Below, in pieces: positions 37,101 to 40,199 of a stretch of DNA of 40,199 nucleotides. The stretch lies in the IMG/VR virus record IMGVR_UViG_3300032272_000036, positions 1 to 40,199 of that record. One strand, 5' to 3'. Each line of letters opens with the position of its first letter. Position 1 is the first letter of the stretch. The translations under genes were made by a program, and so were the position numbers. Under the pieces are notes generated by a model. It did no database searches and was not told the DNA's origin. It saw only the letters and a list, made by a program, of their open reading frames with translations. Source of the stretch: a virus (lineage: Duplodnaviria; Caudoviricetes).

Positions 37101-39550
37101 CGCTTGCCTCAATTATCCAAGATGGTAGAGCGTTATGGCGATTGCAGCAAGAAGCCTTTAAGGCTGCAATGTTGCCAATAATAACAAACGTACAGCAAGA
37201 TATCTCAGGCGAAGAAGAGCCTGTTGTTGAAACTGCAGCCCAGGCCACAAAGCGGAGAGAAAAAGAGGCAACCGTAAAGGGGAAGGTCAAGAAGACATGG
37301 GACGCGGTAGAGGACTCACTGCTTTCCTGGGAATTTTTAATGAACAAACTCTCTTCTAAGTCTGGCTATAAAATACTTCAATCGTTCACGACCAAAAGTA
37401 TGCTTGATGTTGCAAAAAAAGCGACAGACGAGGAAATAAGGCTCAAGCTCGAAAGTGACAAAGAGATACATGAGAAAGCAATGGAGATATTCAACGCCAA
37501 GAAAGACTCTGAATTGAATAAGAAGTTCATGGCCCAGGAAGAAAGACAGCATGGGAAAGTGTTTTCCTACGATGAAAAAGGAAAGAGGTTAGGTGACTTC
37601 ACGATGTCGCAACAAGAAGCTGCCTACATGTATGCTATCAGAAAGAATGATGATAGTATACCTACTTTTGAACGAATGGACATGACGGACAAAACGTTTG
37701 AAGAAATTGAAAAGTTTATTGCCCCAGAGCTTAAAGCGTTTGTTGACTACAACGTTGACACATATTTGCAGGATTTTCATTTTGATGTGAACCAGGTTTA
37801 CCGCCAAGTTTACGGCACAAACCTAACAAAAACGCCAGGGTATATTTCATGGTATAGAGATCTTCCAGGGAAAACGCAAGACAAAGGGATTGCTGCGGCA
37901 CCAGCAGAAACAGGCGCTAAAGGCATGTCAAAAGGTGCATTTAAGGAGAGGGTAAAGAATACAAACCCATACCGATTCATGAGTTTTAACGATGTCCTAA
38001 TAAAGCACGTTGACGAAATGAACAACTTCAGGGCGTGGGCAATGCCTACTAAAATTATAAATGCAGTTTTTAACAATAGGAACACCAGACGATTAATCAC
38101 ACAGCACCACGGAAGCAGCATGTCAAAGAACGTAGCTCGCTTTCAATCTGACTTTACCAAGTCACCAACGGAGCTACGTGGTGACCTTCCATGGCTCGAC
38201 AAACTTAGGGGGAATATTACCACAGCTATGACTGCCCTTAACCCAACTATTTTCCTGAAGCAGTTAACCTCTATTCCTGCCATGGCAGAGTCTATTCCAA
38301 CTGCGGAATGGTTAAAAAATTCTGGGGCATTTTGGGCTAATCCATTAAAGGCGTGGAATACATTGCAGAAGTCGAAAGCATGGGAGGGGAGAAGACAGAT
38401 GGGCATGGAGCGGGATATTAGAACCGCACAAGCCGTTTCCGGTTCACAAGCTATAGCCAACATGCAGAACATCAAAAACAGGGCGATGTTCCTTGTAAAA
38501 TGGGGTGACGGTGCTGCTATCTTGGTTGGCGGGTATCCTGTTTATAAATACCATTATGATAAAAATTTAGCAGGTAAAGGACACGATCAGGCGCACAGGA
38601 TTGCTCTCGACGAGTTTGAAAAAGCAATGGATAGAACCCAGCAGTCCAGCGGAATAAAAGACCAAGGAAACATTCAGAGAAGTGGCAGCTACGCAAAACT
38701 TTTCACCATGTTTATAACCTCTCCAAAACAATACACTTCACAAATAACTGCAGCAATTAGAGGTATAAAAAACAATCCTGCAGACGGAGACGCATATAAG
38801 CGATTGTTTATCTTTGGGGTTCTCATGCCGTCACTGTTCCAGGCAACAGCTACGGGAATGCTTGGGCTTATCGGTGGAGACGCAGACGAAAAAGAAAAAG
38901 CCATAAACGACCAGATAAAAGCTATCGTCACAGCACCTCTGAACGGTATCCCTATAATTCGTGACCTTCAAAAAGCAGCTCTTGAGTCTGCTATGGGAAA
39001 CTGGTACGGAACTGACGTGGACTACTCACCGGTAACACAAGCAGGGAAGTCGTTAATGGGTGCAATCTATAACGGTGCCAAACTATTCACAGGCGAGAAC
39101 GAGGAAGATTATAAAAAACACGGTAACGCAGCGTTAATGAACCTATGGGAAACTATCGGTTACGCAACAGGCCTTCCAGCGAACACTGTGCGAAAGACTG
39201 TTGCAGAAAATTGGCGCGACGTTATAGAAGGACAAACTGAGTACCCATTACGCAGGTCGTTGGGTTATAGCCGTGCAGCAATGGGGGAACGTGGAAGTAG
39301 ATTTGAAAGAAATAAAAAGAAGGTAAAAAATGCAATAGATAGACAAAAAAACAAAGAGGCTAGACCCGGTGACATTGAACTGCTGAGACTTAGTGTAGCG
39401 CTGAAAAAAGCAGAATCAAGTGAACGTAACCTCAAAAAGCTGTTAAAAAACGCCAAGACAGATGCAGCAAGAAAGGCAATAAATGCTAAAATAGAAAAGG
39501 TTAGGGAACAATTTAACAATAGATTTTCGTCACAAAAAATGATACAATAG
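31175..39550 (+). CDS. giant polyvalent ejection protein with two ADP-ribosyltransferase (ART-PolyVal-like) domains and a zincin-like motif
   Basis: two WFG.SK..D..G.P.V.YHG...G.FF/YF...GYD...Q.KS...D.R(F/Y)S units; HELSEH...EVMAY. Confidence 0.8.
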   Translation: MALPQGFSEIGSPPAEEQSTIEPQGSSGLPSGFTEIGDVQAKVEPLPELEAKTGTTAGDYGRSLAVGLNRFGQTIGRTIDVVGNIDPTGLLDKAGQGIESFYKEKEAEDLAAMSPAMKEAQSLKYTTDVKESWRDAPLKNFKSIFQGEAWKSPTKIVSSLLQSAPSTVVGMGTGVGITGSLIKKGVSSGLAGVIGGFVGEGGTAAIESGKDVYDLVISAPTDIISKTPEFQKAMQALSSEQLTDEEKEKQVRELIADHAAMKSMAKVFTATGLLGSVSGHYMGKLLGGEATGGLSRKALTEGSLEALQETPQSGYEVLEQNFQKKKFVDPNQDIWQGVKEASVEGGVQGFVMGTGMGGGAAAMTSPRAVVSQKQADTAATTNMKVNGFVSSDDSAAGVDIVGGFGFVNEPLEKVIDTLTSAPMNVLTDQLTDDVLSSEHFQRIIRELSQSGVAPEDMKAAIIERVVPTMTASLQLGIALRETTTVQRRQLLSDLNNVQDPKSRIKAVEQIEKGISDQRLAKSWANSAIDRINAGSQISYDQSLIDFASQDEESLKAMREATVDTANANFKEDLRRKLDNLKKHKKPTDRVKSNIITIEHQLGQIEQEEASSATSQVESQPSTQQEEKESQPSSELQKAQEGNQRGAEEEILNSMADTQQSINVQDEVKGRRQRFNKLQDDALMDQFVDDAEEIKRQNDPVKLAQENANLHNSVMNKLKSDQPLSEKEEAYKQEYLTAQREQKNKTEKLKKEREELLAYENSYSPMPGEQAARDRNLENQFVDDAIDIEQQDTDKTFPREIKAHEQNVKQQRQEFIDKNKKARTKKIHDELNKKYSDKESAGVIAMADPEMLKQAKKEADTIVRSNPVYEQKAAIKKSGGLNLSQAKELYGDSVTGAYPGLFSMKVPGGPTPLDIDTTATEYGYKNADEMFKAFAQAPTIKSETAKLVQQYEQEWSRAQADQEAAGVVTAKEIRKEAEAAGVQTKQSIAQEELLQPTDKISGEKGITANKAIEMFAAGDSTVMGHVEEEIKRHGVKAMQDVLLNKLMLKVAQTPKGEARQKILKNISPLEAKAKELFSLAEAAEEVEPTTKRQRIKEKLAAKTTAKPTAKPEKVATSLSDEKTPTIAEVDADIKFSKSRPESKASNQSDIRSELSQPGNLGRLGVRNLESKGLLEIINPEKAKEILVATGEFSERDDAVMQGFTMPVNGKPKTFLIQGNIKNGRAMSVMLHELSEHVFELGFIDSTQYGKVLSQLKRKSKLNSKEGSEIRAAYDAVPKETDPNHVDREVMAYLIEQGKTNLSIVRRFIAEIKKILVEKMGISPVILKNIDLQALALNVVKREARGTVGESLQNGINEFAQNTNLAFSEAKKAITYNPAFRKWFGDSKVVDDNGEPLVVYHGTGAEISIEDGFIFDYDKIGEQGRSEGAGFYFTSNRRVAEGYGADGTIIEAYMSIQKPLAYDSPPFDIDTVEKIISRIAEIEAKDYEIDIEDGFLSNYGDTRYDGLENVVASAAEAIADEETALDQLGGFIGSGVEASHVNQAVRDITGYDGVITGGFGGKGSEVPIYVAFFPEQIKSIYNTGTFDANNPDIRFSKTGEKVTDKLRRWFGASKLKDKSGNPIVAYHGSPEEFYEFGNTNKRGKTGHTSSGLGDFFSLNKKTSSKYGNVKPFFLKMENPYMMSLEESQSFNTLADSVKRREELQGQGYDSILIKVPGLKEGSMNPYLITFEGNQVKSADNNTGEYSLTDNDVRYSIAKQDSPAPQESIENIMSKLRSTSTTKADAAKYGTEKEQNMVAEYRKLASLAKDSHSSIATKQKMIASFLKVVPPEVRAKVIAPLTFISRFMQVGAHEKRLAETIARAEKELTTYLRKGLISDIQKGVKPSKLAKNRVKKSTLGYEASRDLDFIRETLKEKDIPGKIAYIDNQIVEKELEIEENGTKKAEEELADLESHRNILETFGNIKEQNLEDLIFAKEALASIIQDGRALWRLQQEAFKAAMLPIITNVQQDISGEEEPVVETAAQATKRREKEATVKGKVKKTWDAVEDSLLSWEFLMNKLSSKSGYKILQSFTTKSMLDVAKKATDEEIRLKLESDKEIHEKAMEIFNAKKDSELNKKFMAQEERQHGKVFSYDEKGKRLGDFTMSQQEAAYMYAIRKNDDSIPTFERMDMTDKTFEEIEKFIAPELKAFVDYNVDTYLQDFHFDVNQVYRQVYGTNLTKTPGYISWYRDLPGKTQDKGIAAAPAETGAKGMSKGAFKERVKNTNPYRFMSFNDVLIKHVDEMNNFRAWAMPTKIINAVFNNRNTRRLITQHHGSSMSKNVARFQSDFTKSPTELRGDLPWLDKLRGNITTAMTALNPTIFLKQLTSIPAMAESIPTAEWLKNSGAFWANPLKAWNTLQKSKAWEGRRQMGMERDIRTAQAVSGSQAIANMQNIKNRAMFLVKWGDGAAILVGGYPVYKYHYDKNLAGKGHDQAHRIALDEFEKAMDRTQQSSGIKDQGNIQRSGSYAKLFTMFITSPKQYTSQITAAIRGIKNNPADGDAYKRLFIFGVLMPSLFQATATGMLGLIGGDADEKEKAINDQIKAIVTAPLNGIPIIRDLQKAALESAMGNWYGTDVDYSPVTQAGKSLMGAIYNGAKLFTGENEEDYKKHGNAALMNLWETIGYATGLPANTVRKTVAENWRDVIEGQTEYPLRRSLGYSRAAMGERGSRFERNKKKVKNAIDRQKNKEARPGDIELLRLSVALKKAESSERNLKKLLKNAKTDAARKAINAKIEKVREQFNNRFSSQKMIQ

Positions 39551-39577
39551 CAATTAAATAATACAGGAGTACACCCC

Positions 39578-39916
39578 ATGACAACTGCAGCTTTATCTGT
39601 AAGGAATACAGCAGCAATCGAAAAAGGATACCATTATTCTGGCACAATAGCGACCGGAGTAACGGGCCCATCAGTACTTATCCCAGCACTACCATTAGGA
39701 AAAAACGTTACACTAACCCTAATCGCCGGTGCGAACACAGGGAGCTTCCAGGTTTCGACGTCAAGTGACGCCGCAGTGGTCGCTGGAACCGCAACATGGC
39801 AAACGTGGGTAACAGGAGTAACCACAGGAACAGTCAGCGACGTGATTTTAGGTCAAGTTACAGCTGTTAGGGGCGTAAGCGCGGCAGGCGAAATCTCCAT
39901 AGAAATAGTGATATAA
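39578..39916 (+). CDS. small virion protein
   Basis: AGGAG RBS; beta-rich, Thr/Gly/Val-rich. Confidence 0.65.
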   Translation: MTTAALSVRNTAAIEKGYHYSGTIATGVTGPSVLIPALPLGKNVTLTLIAGANTGSFQVSTSSDAAVVAGTATWQTWVTGVTTGTVSDVILGQVTAVRGVSAAGEISIEIVI

Positions 39917-39918
39917 TC

Positions 39919-40199
39919 ATGTCTTTATGGAAAGAATCACTATGGCAAGGCTCACTATGGCAAGGCTCCCTGTGGCAACGTTCATTGTGGGAATACGCCG
40001 AGTATTTTCTAGCCAACTTCAACGTAACCCTAGACGTAACCAAAGGCACCGGCCCGATAACTTACTCCAGAGCAAGTGCGTATTACAACATTCAGGATGC
40101 TTATTGGACAAAAGTTTTATCTGGTGTTCCTGGGTATACCGATTTACTTGGTATCGACATCCACCCCCTGAGTACGAACAAGTGCGAGTGCTGGGGATT
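39919..40199 (+). CDS. partial fibre/spike-like protein running off the window
   Basis: MSLWKESLWQGSLWQGSLWQRSLWE...ITYSRASA; open to the end of the window. Confidence 0.55.
   Translation, partial: MSLWKESLWQGSLWQGSLWQRSLWEYAEYFLANFNVTLDVTKGTGPITYSRASAYYNIQDAYWTKVLSGVPGYTDLLGIDIHPLSTNKCECWG

Noticed and set aside
671-40049. Minus-strand ORFs and nested + strand alternative-frame ORFs in the track
   Set aside because: They overlap better-supported + strand genes, and I saw no convincing RBS or motifs; treated as shadow ORFs

Overview
The window is about 40 kb of a tailed dsDNA (pro)phage, with every credible gene on the + strand. Gene order: replication (GIY-YIG nuclease, O-like initiator with iterons, DnaB-like helicase), accessory small genes, terS/terL, then a podovirus-like virion module (portal, scaffold, major capsid, adaptor, nozzle-like and tail proteins, ejection proteins including a 2791-aa polyvalent protein with two ADP-ribosyltransferase-like domains). 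The main discovery is that the accessory genes are organised as three integron-like gene-cassette arrays (about 3290-5472, 8895-9190, 10889-12437). Genes are separated by attC-like imperfect palindromes (AAC...L box...loop...T-L box with an extra base...GTT), and most units have complementary 7-12 bp ends. Each array ends in the same 21-bp non-palindromic attI-like site. The ORFs lie on the attC bottom strand, inverted relative to classical cassettes: stop codons supply the TAA|C core, and several RBS/start codons sit inside the attC loop. No integrase is visible in the window. All family assignments come from motif recognition by eye, not from database searches.
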